A stretch of DNA of 64,000 nucleotides from Candidatus Nomurabacteria bacterium (lineage in GTDB: Bacteria > Patescibacteriota > Minisyncoccia > Phycocordibacterales > UBA9973). Where the stretch lies: contig CALRAE010000001.1 of the NCBI GenBank assembly GCA_943350445.1, positions 29,561-93,560 of the forward strand, written 5' to 3'. Below are positions 20,035-28,132 of this stretch, piece after piece. The first letter of the stretch is position 1. The number at the start of each line of letters is the position of its first letter. The position numbers and the translations under genes were made by a program. The notes under the pieces were generated by a model that did not search any database, was not told the origin of the DNA, and saw only the letters and a list, made by a program, of their open reading frames with translations.

Positions 20035-20548
20035 AAGAGGTTTCACTTTGATTGAACTTCTGGTGGTAGTTGCCATCATTGGTCTTTTGTCTTCTGTTAT
20101 ACTAGCTTCTTTAAATAGTGCTAGGAGTAAGGCAAGAGATGCAGTAAGATTGTCTGATATAAAACAAATTTCTAATGCATTGGAATTATATTATAGCAAT
20201 AATGGTGTATACCCTTCAGGCCAATTTTTAAGTATTAAAAATACTTCTGATCCTAATAGTGTTTGGCAATGTTGTGGTGGGAGTGCATTCATAGCAGCAT
20301 TAGCACCTTATTTACCAAAATTACCAATTGATCCAAAAAATAATGATGTAACTTGTTATGCAAATGGCGCTCATTTTTACACTTATCAATCATTTAACGC
20401 AGGGAAAAATTATGGAATATATGCTTCACTTGAAAATCCAAAAGCGGGTGCAGCAGACCCAGCTAATTACCCCTGTTGTGCGACGTCTGCTCCCGGCAAC
20501 TGTATGTATAAAGCTACTAATGGAGGGGTGGGAATTGTTCCAAATTAA
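20012..20548 (+). CDS. type IV pilin-like protein (prepilin)
   Basis: MKIYIKNKRGFTLIELLVVVAIIGLL is a class III signal peptide (G-FTLIE); C-terminal Cys pair. Confidence 0.75.
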   Translation: MKIYIKNKRGFTLIELLVVVAIIGLLSSVILASLNSARSKARDAVRLSDIKQISNALELYYSNNGVYPSGQFLSIKNTSDPNSVWQCCGGSAFIAALAPYLPKLPIDPKNNDVTCYANGAHFYTYQSFNAGKNYGIYASLENPKAGAADPANYPCCATSAPGNCMYKATNGGVGIVPN

Positions 20549-20608
20549 TTTGACTAATTACCTCCAAAAGCTCGCAAAGCTCGCAAGAAGCTCGCAAGGA
20601 CTGTCCTT

Positions 20609-21136
20609 TTGCACTCCGTCAGCCAAACGGCAGACGGAGGCTACGTCCTCGGTGGACTCTCTTGGTCCGGAGTTTCAACCAACAAGTCAGACCCAAGCTA
20701 CGGCTTCGGGGATTACTTGGTGGTCAAGCTTGATGCCTCCGGCAACAAGCAGTGGGACAAGACTTTCGGCGGGTCTGACACCGACGAACTCACCTCCCTT
20801 CAGCAGACCGCTGACGGAGGATTCATTCTCGGTGGATGGTCATGGTCGGGTGTCTCCGGCAACAAGACGACCGCCAACATTGGGGTCTCAAGTTTCTGGG
20901 TCATCAAACTCGACCCTCCACCATCCCTCAGTCTTTCCGCAGTCGGGAAGACAAATGGGTTCAATGCATTCAGGTTGAGTGGGCCTGCCGGGTCTTACTC
21001 GATCCGGGCATCGACGAACTTCGTTAACTGGGTGCCTCTTACGAGCATCACCCTTGACGGCACGAACGCTACTGTCTTCGTGGACACGCAGTCCACGAAC
21101 TACCCCTCTCGGTATTACCGGGCGGTGGGGCAGTAA
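20609..21136 (+). pseudogene. high-GC fragment encoding a beta-propeller (SBBP-like) repeat protein remnant
   Basis: Repeats TADGG(Y/F)(V/I)LGG.SWSGVS.NK; GC ~55-58% versus ~38% flanks; no credible N-terminus or signal peptide; alternative-frame ORF spans the same DNA. Confidence 0.5.
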
Positions 21137-21220
21137 GCCTTCATCTATCACATCGAACGGGCTCTCCTTTTTAGGGGGGCCCTGTTTTGTTTTTTATAAG
21201 AATGAGTATATAATTTATTT

Positions 21221-21616
21221 ATGGATGAACAATTAAACCTTCAGGGAAATGCAGAGATAGATGCGGCCTTGAAAGAATTTGAAGCCAAGTCTAGTCCTCA
21301 AGCTGTGACTAATAATCCTATAGCACCTGGGATTTCTAGTGTTCCCAAAATGCCAACATCCGGTATTAGTTTTGATACCGATAATTATAGATCTATAAAT
21401 AAAGAAGAGGTTCCTTTACCAAAGATGGTTAAGCTTGTTATGAAGCTTTCTGGTGGAGCGATAAAAGAACAACGACAAGCCGAATATGTCCTGTTGGGGT
21501 TTGTTGCTATAATAATTAGTATTTCCGTCTATTTATTTTTTGGTGCAAATGGATCTCGTCAATCATCTTTTTCTCCGTCTACTGAGCAAATGATGAAAGC
21601 GGGACAGAATAGATAA
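21221..21616 (+). CDS. hypothetical C-terminally membrane-anchored protein, paralog 2
   Basis: 131 aa; paralog of 19618-20034 with the same conserved block and architecture. Confidence 0.45.
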   Translation: MDEQLNLQGNAEIDAALKEFEAKSSPQAVTNNPIAPGISSVPKMPTSGISFDTDNYRSINKEEVPLPKMVKLVMKLSGGAIKEQRQAEYVLLGFVAIIISISVYLFFGANGSRQSSFSPSTEQMMKAGQNR

Positions 21617-21621
21617 AAAAT

Positions 21622-22119
21622 ATGAAATTTTTAAACAAAAATAAAGGTTTTACTTTAATAGAGCTTCTCGTGGTGGTGGCTATCATTGGGCTTCTGGCTT
21701 CTGTTGTTTTGGCAAGTTTGAGTACTGCGAGGGGTAGAGGAAGGGATGCAAAGAGACTTCAAGATATGAATCAGGTTCGTACTGCCCTGGAACTTTACAA
21801 CAGTACAAATAATGCATATCCTAGTACTGGCGGTGCTTGGTGGGGTGTTTGCCCAGCATTTCAAAGCAAAGGAACATCTGGTTTTGGTGGGTACATTCCT
21901 GATCTAGCTCCAACATATATTCCTATTTTACCAACTGAACCAAAACCCACAGCTAATAATACTTGCTATGTTTACCGTTCTGATGGTAGGGATTATATTT
22001 TCTTAGTCTATTTAACTGTAGAGGGCAACATACCGAACTCGTTAAAACGTCCCGGTATTTGGTCAGCCGAGAAGGATTATGCTATTTATACTTCAGCGTC
22101 AGTAGTAGCAGGTTGGTAG
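21622..22119 (+). CDS. type IV pilin-like protein (prepilin)
   Basis: MKFLNKNKGFTLIELLVVVAIIGLLASVVL class III signal peptide. Confidence 0.75.
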   Translation: MKFLNKNKGFTLIELLVVVAIIGLLASVVLASLSTARGRGRDAKRLQDMNQVRTALELYNSTNNAYPSTGGAWWGVCPAFQSKGTSGFGGYIPDLAPTYIPILPTEPKPTANNTCYVYRSDGRDYIFLVYLTVEGNIPNSLKRPGIWSAEKDYAIYTSASVVAGW

Positions 22120-22276
22120 GATAAAAAGGGTTTGACTAATAACATCTAATTTGCTAGTATTTAATCCAAGGGAAATAGGTCTTAGTTAATCCACTTTTCT
22201 CCTTTGATTCTCTATATTTTAGAGGTTTAAAGAAAAAAAGTGAGATATTACAGGGTCTACCCTCAATTATTTATTT

Positions 22277-22462
22277 ATGGCAAAAACATCAGTTATCGCA
22301 AGATCACTTAAAAAGCCCAAGTTTAGCACTCGACAAAAAAATCGATGTTTTCGATGTGGCCGAGGCAATGCTTTCATGCGAGACTTCGGTATTTGCCGTA
22401 TCTGTTTTAGAGAATTAGCAAACGAAGGAATGCTTCCAGGAGTCCGTAAATCAAGCTGGTAG
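22277..22462 (+). CDS. rpsZ: 30S ribosomal protein S14, zinc-binding type Z
   Basis: 61 aa; [22 protein letters not shown] contains the Cys4 motif. Confidence 0.85.
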   Translation: MAKTSVIARSLKKPKFSTRQKNRCFRCGRGNAFMRDFGICRICFRELANEGMLPGVRKSSW

Positions 22463-22486
22463 TTCGACAAGCTCACTATAAATAAA
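22459..22486 (+). repeat. 26-nt exact repeat TAGTTCGACAAGCTCACTATAAATAA (copy 2, after the rpsZ stop)
   Basis: Identical to 16243-16270. Confidence 0.7.
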
Positions 22487-22493
22487 AAAAATT

Positions 22494-22880
22494 ATGGATT
22501 CAATTTCAAACATGTTAATAGTAATGAAGAATGGTAGTCTTGCAGGCAAGGAGTCTGTGTCTGTTCCATATTCTAAAATGAGGAATGCCATTCTCGAATG
22601 TTTAAAGAAAGAAGGGTATGTGGCTGATATTGCAAAGAAGGTTAAAAAGGATGTGCCAGTACTCGAGGTTGGATTGATCTACACAGAAGATAAGCCAAAA
22701 ATTACTGAAGTAGAGAGAATTTCTAAACAATCAAGACGCGTTTATTTTGGAATGAAAGATATTCATACAGTCAGAAGTGGTTCCGGGTTGCTTGTGCTTT
22801 CAACGCCGAAAGGGATTTTATCAGGAAAAGCCGCTCGAGTAGAGCATGTCGGTGGTGAGGCTTTGTTTAGGATTTGGTAG
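22494..22880 (+). CDS. rpsH: 30S ribosomal protein S8
   Basis: 128 aa; conserved S8 core. Confidence 0.9.
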   Translation: MDSISNMLIVMKNGSLAGKESVSVPYSKMRNAILECLKKEGYVADIAKKVKKDVPVLEVGLIYTEDKPKITEVERISKQSRRVYFGMKDIHTVRSGSGLLVLSTPKGILSGKAARVEHVGGEALFRIW

Positions 22881-22903
22881 GAGTAAGTTGTAAATAAAAT
22901 TTT

Positions 22904-23437
22904 ATGTCAAGAATAGGAAAACAAGAAATCGAAATACCAGCAGGAGTCAAAGTCGCACAAAGTGGCGGTGTTTTGACAGTAACAGGCCCAAAAGGTGCCG
23001 TTACTAAGAATTTTCGAGATGACATAACAATTACTGTATCTGATAAGTCTATTTCTTTGAACATAAAGAGAAATGACAAGTTTTCTAAATCTCTCTGGGG
23101 TACTTACGCTGCACACATAAAGAATATGATCGCGGGTGTTGTTACTCCATACCAGAAAAAGCTCATCTTGGAAGGTGTGGGATACAAGTCTGAAGTTAAA
23201 GGCAAGGAGTTTGTCTTTGCTCTAGGATTTTCTCATCCAGTTGTTGTAAAAATTCCAGAAGGCATCACCGCTACTGCTGATAAGAACAACATCACGATTA
23301 CTGGTATCGATAAGGAATTGGTGGGTAGCTTCACAGCATCTATACGTGCTCTAAAGAAGGGTGAGCCTTATAAGGGTAAGGGAATGCGTTATGAAGGTGA
23401 AGTGATCAGACGTAAGCAAGGTAAGAAAACAGTATAA
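22904..23437 (+). CDS. rplF: 50S ribosomal protein L6
   Basis: 177 aa; MSRIGKQEIEIPAGV start. Confidence 0.9.
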   Translation: MSRIGKQEIEIPAGVKVAQSGGVLTVTGPKGAVTKNFRDDITITVSDKSISLNIKRNDKFSKSLWGTYAAHIKNMIAGVVTPYQKKLILEGVGYKSEVKGKEFVFALGFSHPVVVKIPEGITATADKNNITITGIDKELVGSFTASIRALKKGEPYKGKGMRYEGEVIRRKQGKKTV

Positions 23438-23444
23438 AAGTAAT

Positions 23445-23786
23445 ATGCAAAATAAAACTGACAAAAGAATAAGACTAAAAGCGAAGATAAGATCTAAGAT
23501 ATCGGGTACTAAAGAGCGCCCACGTCTTTCTGTATTTCGTTCAAATAAATTTATTTATGCGCAAGTTATCGATGATGCGGCTGGCAAGACTTTGGTTCAA
23601 GCAAATGATGTAAAGATAACAAAGGGTACCAAGACTGAACGAGCCAAAGAGGTAGGTAAGATGATTGGTGAAGCTTGTAAAAGTGCAAAGATATCCCAAG
23701 TCGTTTTTGACCGCAATGGTTTTAAATACACAGGAAGAATAAAATTAGTAGCAGACGAGGCAAGAGCTGCCGGCCTTCAATTCTAG
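23445..23786 (+). CDS. rplR: 50S ribosomal protein L18
   Basis: 113 aa; RPRLSVFRSNKFIYAQVIDD motif. Confidence 0.85.
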   Translation: MQNKTDKRIRLKAKIRSKISGTKERPRLSVFRSNKFIYAQVIDDAAGKTLVQANDVKITKGTKTERAKEVGKMIGEACKSAKISQVVFDRNGFKYTGRIKLVADEARAAGLQF

Positions 23787-23814
23787 ATAGTTATAAAGTT
23801 CATAAAGAAAAAAA

Positions 23815-24390
23815 ATGGAAAAAGATAAAGAAAAAAAGAATAATAATCGACGCAACTCTTCTTTTGGAAGAGTGAAGCCTGAATTTGATCAGAAGATCTT
23901 AAACATCCGTCGTGTCACGAGAGTCGTGGCTGGAGGACGTCGATTCTCTTTTTCTGTAGCACTAGTAGCTGGAGACAAAAAGGGTTCTGTGGGTCTAGGT
24001 CTTGGAAAAGCGGGGGACACAGCTCTGGCAATCAATAAAGCAGTCAGAAACGCAAAGAAGAACATGGTAAGACTTAAGTTGACCAAAACTATGTCTATTC
24101 CTCATGAACTTTCTGCTAAATTCTCAAGTTCCAAAGTCCTCCTTATTCCTAATAAGGGTCGTGGACTTGTGGCTGGTTCAGTTATTCGCGATATCGTGAA
24201 GCTTTCTGGAATGAAAGATGTTACAGCAAAAATTTGGTCAAAGAGCAAAAATAAGTTGAATAATGCAAAGGCGGTGATGGAAGCCTTGTCTATGATTTCT
24301 TCGAAGTATGCAAAGCCTATCCCTGAAAATGTTATTATTGCAAATAAGGAAGTCCCAGTCACTTCGATTGAAAAAGGCGAAAATAAATAA
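23815..24390 (+). CDS. rpsE: 30S ribosomal protein S5
   Basis: 191 aa; VTRVVAGGRRFSF...GLGLGKA motif. Confidence 0.9.
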   Translation: MEKDKEKKNNNRRNSSFGRVKPEFDQKILNIRRVTRVVAGGRRFSFSVALVAGDKKGSVGLGLGKAGDTALAINKAVRNAKKNMVRLKLTKTMSIPHELSAKFSSSKVLLIPNKGRGLVAGSVIRDIVKLSGMKDVTAKIWSKSKNKLNNAKAVMEALSMISSKYAKPIPENVIIANKEVPVTSIEKGENK

Positions 24391-24401
24391 TATTTAATCA
24401 A

Positions 24402-24713
24402 ATGCAGATACATAATTTAAAGAGACAACATAAGAACAAGATAGACAGACTGATAGGTCGTGGAGGAAAGCATGCCAAGACTGCAGGTCGTGGAGGAAAG
24501 GGACAGACAGCTCGTTCTGGTAACAAGCGTCGCCCAGAACTTCGAGACATCATCAAGAGGTTGCCAAAGAATCGAGGATATAAATTTAAGTCTATTCAGA
24601 ATGGTTATATTTTACCGAGTGACAAACCCTTCCTCAAGGGTGAAAAGTTCTCTGAAATTCGCAAGCGTCTAGGAATAAAGGGAAAGAAGATAGTGATGAG
24701 TATGGGTAAATAG
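24402..24713 (+). CDS. rplO: 50S ribosomal protein L15 (short form)
   Basis: 103 aa; GRGGKHAKTAGRGGKGQTARSG...RLPK motif; begins 12 nt after rpsE with no L30 gene between. Confidence 0.6.
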   Translation: MQIHNLKRQHKNKIDRLIGRGGKHAKTAGRGGKGQTARSGNKRRPELRDIIKRLPKNRGYKFKSIQNGYILPSDKPFLKGEKFSEIRKRLGIKGKKIVMSMGK

Positions 24714-24734
24714 TTTTAAGGTTATCATCCAGTC

Positions 24735-26021
24735 TTGTCAAAAATAAATATGCAAAACTTTTTTAATAAAATAAAATTAGTCTGGACAGATACTACTTTA
24801 CGAAAGAGGGTCATATTTGTGCTTGTCACACTCGTGGTCTTCCGTTTACTTGCAGCTATTCCGATCCCAGGCATTGATACTCTCGCACTAAATCGTTTCC
24901 TCGCCAATAATCAGTTCTTTGGAATATTGAATATATTCTCAGGAGGTGGATTGACGAATCTTTCAATAATAATGCTTGGTGTTGGTCCATACATCACTAG
25001 TTCGATCATCATGCAACTTCTCACCATCATGGTGCCTGCTCTAAAAAAGATTTACCACGAAGAAGGTGAAGCTGGTAGAAAGAGATTTACACAATATTCT
25101 AGATTGCTCACTGTGCCACTTGCAGCCATGCAAGGATTTGCCCTTTTGGCCATTTTGGAGAGCCAAAACATCTTGATAAATTTAAGTACTTTTGACCGCA
25201 TCACAAACCTCATAATTGTTGTCGCAGGCTCTCTGTTGCTCATGTGGATCGGTGAGCTTGTATCTGAATTTGGTATCGGTAACGGAGTGTCTTTGATAAT
25301 ATTTGCTGGTATCGTCTCAGCCCTACCTTCAAAGATTGGTCAGCTTATATTTACTTTTGATGTTTCTCAAATTCCACTTTACTTGATGTTTGCTGTATCT
25401 GGCCTACTTGTTATTGCAGGCATAGTACTTGTGACTGAGGCAGAAAGACCTATTCCTGTCACTTATGCCAAGCGTGTTCGTGGTATGAAAATGTACGGTG
25501 GTGGTTCTACTTATTTACCTTTGCGTGTCAATCAAGCTGGAGTTATCCCAATAATTTTTGCTCTATCTATCCTCCTTTTTCCACAAATTATCGGTACTTT
25601 TTTGGCTAGATTTAGTAATGAAATAGTTGCGAAAGTTTCTAGTGTTCTTTTGTCATTTACTCAAGATTCAATATTATATGCAGTACTATATTTCGTATTA
25701 GTATTTCTCTTTACCTACTTTTATACAGCTGTTACTTTTGATCCAGAGGCACTTTCTACTAATTTACAGAAGAATGGCGCTTTCATCCCCGGTATTCGTC
25801 CAGGTGCATCAACCTCTGAATACATTTCAAAGGTCTTGAGTCGCATCACGCTCCTCGGTGCAGCCTTCCTTGGATTTATCGCAATCTTACCTCTTGTGAT
25901 GCAACATCTTACAGGGCTTACCTCTCTAGCTCTGGGTGGTACTTCAGTCCTCATCGTCGTTTCTGTTGTTCTCGACCTGATGAAAAAGGTAAACTCTCAG
26001 ATATCAATGAGGGAGTACTAA
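24735..26021 (+). CDS. secY: preprotein translocase subunit SecY
   Basis: 428 aa, 10 TM; conserved SecY motifs. Confidence 0.95.
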   Translation: MSKINMQNFFNKIKLVWTDTTLRKRVIFVLVTLVVFRLLAAIPIPGIDTLALNRFLANNQFFGILNIFSGGGLTNLSIIMLGVGPYITSSIIMQLLTIMVPALKKIYHEEGEAGRKRFTQYSRLLTVPLAAMQGFALLAILESQNILINLSTFDRITNLIIVVAGSLLLMWIGELVSEFGIGNGVSLIIFAGIVSALPSKIGQLIFTFDVSQIPLYLMFAVSGLLVIAGIVLVTEAERPIPVTYAKRVRGMKMYGGGSTYLPLRVNQAGVIPIIFALSILLFPQIIGTFLARFSNEIVAKVSSVLLSFTQDSILYAVLYFVLVFLFTYFYTAVTFDPEALSTNLQKNGAFIPGIRPGASTSEYISKVLSRITLLGAAFLGFIAILPLVMQHLTGLTSLALGGTSVLIVVSVVLDLMKKVNSQISMREY

Positions 26022-26044
26022 TCCTTGATTTTCAAGCCTAATTT

Positions 26045-26644
26045 GTGTATTCTTTTGATATGAATTCAAAAGCTATTGTTTTTTTTGGGCGTTCTGGTTG
26101 TGGCAAGGGGACTCAAGCTAAACTCTTGGCAGGGGTTTTAAAGTCTCAAGGTAAAGAAGTAATTTATATAGAGACTGGTAGTAAATTTCGCGAACTTTCA
26201 AGCCAAGATACTTTACTCGGAAGGAACGTGGCAGAAATTATAAAAAATGGTTTATTAATACCGGTATTTTTGCCAATTTGGATTTGGACACAAATCATAA
26301 CGGATAATTTTTCCGGAACACAGGATATGATTCTCGATGGTGTGTGTCGTCGTAAAGAAGAGGCAGTGGCGCTCGATTCCACTTTTGATTTTTATAAAAT
26401 AGAAAAACCGAGCATCATCTTAATGAATGTTTCTAAAGAATGGTCTTATTCTCGGATGATGGAGAGAAAGAGGTCTGATGACACGGATGAGAAAATAAAA
26501 AACCGTCTGGAATGGTATGAACGCGATGTTCTCCCATCTATAGAATATTTCCATGCAAAGATAGGGTATAATTTTGTTGAAATAAACGGTGAGCAGACGG
26601 TAGAAAATGTGCATAAAGATATTATTAAAGCTTTAAATTTATAA
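26045..26644 (+). CDS. adk: adenylate kinase
   Basis: P-loop GRSGCGKGTQA; position after secY. Start may be ATG 26060. Confidence 0.75.
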   Translation: MYSFDMNSKAIVFFGRSGCGKGTQAKLLAGVLKSQGKEVIYIETGSKFRELSSQDTLLGRNVAEIIKNGLLIPVFLPIWIWTQIITDNFSGTQDMILDGVCRRKEEAVALDSTFDFYKIEKPSIILMNVSKEWSYSRMMERKRSDDTDEKIKNRLEWYERDVLPSIEYFHAKIGYNFVEINGEQTVENVHKDIIKALNL

Positions 26645-26647
26645 TTT

Positions 26648-27328
26648 ATGCAAGAAACAATAGTAATTTCACTTGGTGGATCATTGATCGTACCCGAAGA
26701 GATAGATAAGGATTTTCTAAAAGAATTTAAAGATTTAATTCTTTCGAACGTCGCACAAGGGAAAAGGTTTTTAATTGATACGGGTGGAGGCAGAACTTGC
26801 CGAAAGTATCAGAATGTTGCAAAGGAGATTTCTCAAGCCTCAGATATAGATTTAGATTGGATTGGAATTGCTACGAATAATCTAAATGCGGAACTTCTTC
26901 GAGTTATTTTTGGTAAAAGTGCGCAAAGTAAAGTGATTTACGATCTTTCTAAAACATTTCCGTTAGAAAGTCCAATTGTCATAGGTGGTGCATATGAGCC
27001 TGGGCATAGTTCAGACATTGATGCTGTTTTGGCGGCTAAAACACTTGGTGCTAAAAAAATAATTAATTTATCAAACACTGACTATGTATATGACTCTGAC
27101 CCAAAAAAGAATCCAAATGCAAAAAAGATAGAAACAATTTCTTGGGCAAAATACCGTGCGCTTATTCCTGCTGAATGGACATCTGGTCTTAATACTCCTT
27201 TTGATCCTATAGCCTCGAAAATGGCAGAAGAAGAGGGTATCTCGGTAATGATTATGAATGGCAAACCCATCAATAATCTAGCTAAATGTTTAAATGGTGA
27301 GAAGTTTCTGGGTACAATAATTTCTTAG
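26648..27328 (+). CDS. pyrH: UMP kinase, archaeal-type (amino-acid kinase fold)
   Basis: 226 aa; GGSLIVPEE...IDTGGGRTCRKY...PGHSSD...NTDYVYDSDPKKNPNAKKI aligns motif-by-motif with archaeal PyrH. Confidence 0.7.
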   Translation: MQETIVISLGGSLIVPEEIDKDFLKEFKDLILSNVAQGKRFLIDTGGGRTCRKYQNVAKEISQASDIDLDWIGIATNNLNAELLRVIFGKSAQSKVIYDLSKTFPLESPIVIGGAYEPGHSSDIDAVLAAKTLGAKKIINLSNTDYVYDSDPKKNPNAKKIETISWAKYRALIPAEWTSGLNTPFDPIASKMAEEEGISVMIMNGKPINNLAKCLNGEKFLGTIIS

Positions 27329-27333
27329 TAGTT

Positions 27334-28104
27334 ATGATAATAATAAAGACCAAAGAAGAAATAGAAATACTGCGTGAGGGAGGCAAGCGTCTCGCGACTA
27401 TACTATACAAGGTGAAAGAAATGGTGAAGCCTGGTGTTTCCACCAAGGATTTAGATTTATACGCAGAAAAATTAATTCGTGGAATAGGAGATGTCCCAGC
27501 TTTTTTAAATTATCGTCCAGCTGGAGCCAATACACCCTTTCCTGCGTCTTTGTGTGTTTCTGTGAATGAAGAAGTGGTTCATGGTATTCCAAGTGAAGAG
27601 AAAATATTAAAAGAAGGGGACATAGTATCGATTGATTTGGGTTTAAAACACAGGGGGCTTTTTACTGATATGGCTATTACTGTCGGGGTGGGGGCTGTGA
27701 GTCCAGCTAGTCAAAAGTTGATGGATGTGACAGAGAAGGCATTGCAGGTGGGTATAGACGCTGCGATGGGAGGCAATACAGTCGGGGACATTGGTCATGC
27801 GGTAGAGAGTTTCGTGCGTGGGCAAAAGGGCCTGACCTACGGCATTGTGGAAGTTCTTTCCGGACATGGGGTGGGTAAAGCGATACATGAAGATCCATAT
27901 ATTCCGAATTTTGGTAAAGCTGGCAAGGGCGCAAAACTAGTTCCGGGCATGGTAGTCGCCCTAGAGCCGATGTTGAACAATGGTACAAAGAATGTAACAC
28001 TCGATGAAGATGGCTACACTTTTCGCACCGCGGACGGTAAAAAAAGCGCTCATTTTGAGAAGACGATACTGATAACTGAAGGTGAAGCAGAGGTTTTTAC
28101 CTAA
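27334..28104 (+). CDS. map: methionine aminopeptidase type I
   Basis: 256 aa; pita-bread fold motifs (VHGIP, DIVSIDLG, HGVGKAIHE). Confidence 0.9.
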   Translation: MIIIKTKEEIEILREGGKRLATILYKVKEMVKPGVSTKDLDLYAEKLIRGIGDVPAFLNYRPAGANTPFPASLCVSVNEEVVHGIPSEEKILKEGDIVSIDLGLKHRGLFTDMAITVGVGAVSPASQKLMDVTEKALQVGIDAAMGGNTVGDIGHAVESFVRGQKGLTYGIVEVLSGHGVGKAIHEDPYIPNFGKAGKGAKLVPGMVVALEPMLNNGTKNVTLDEDGYTFRTADGKKSAHFEKTILITEGEAEVFT

Positions 28105-28132
28105 ATTTATCTTTTTGTTATATAATTAACCT

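Noticed and set aside
20358-20978. 206-aa ORF spanning the pilin 3' end and the GC-rich island
   Set aside because: Alternative-frame read-through of high-GC DNA giving a low-complexity Ser/Thr/Pro/Gln-rich product. It overlaps the better-supported pilin and SBBP-fragment frames.
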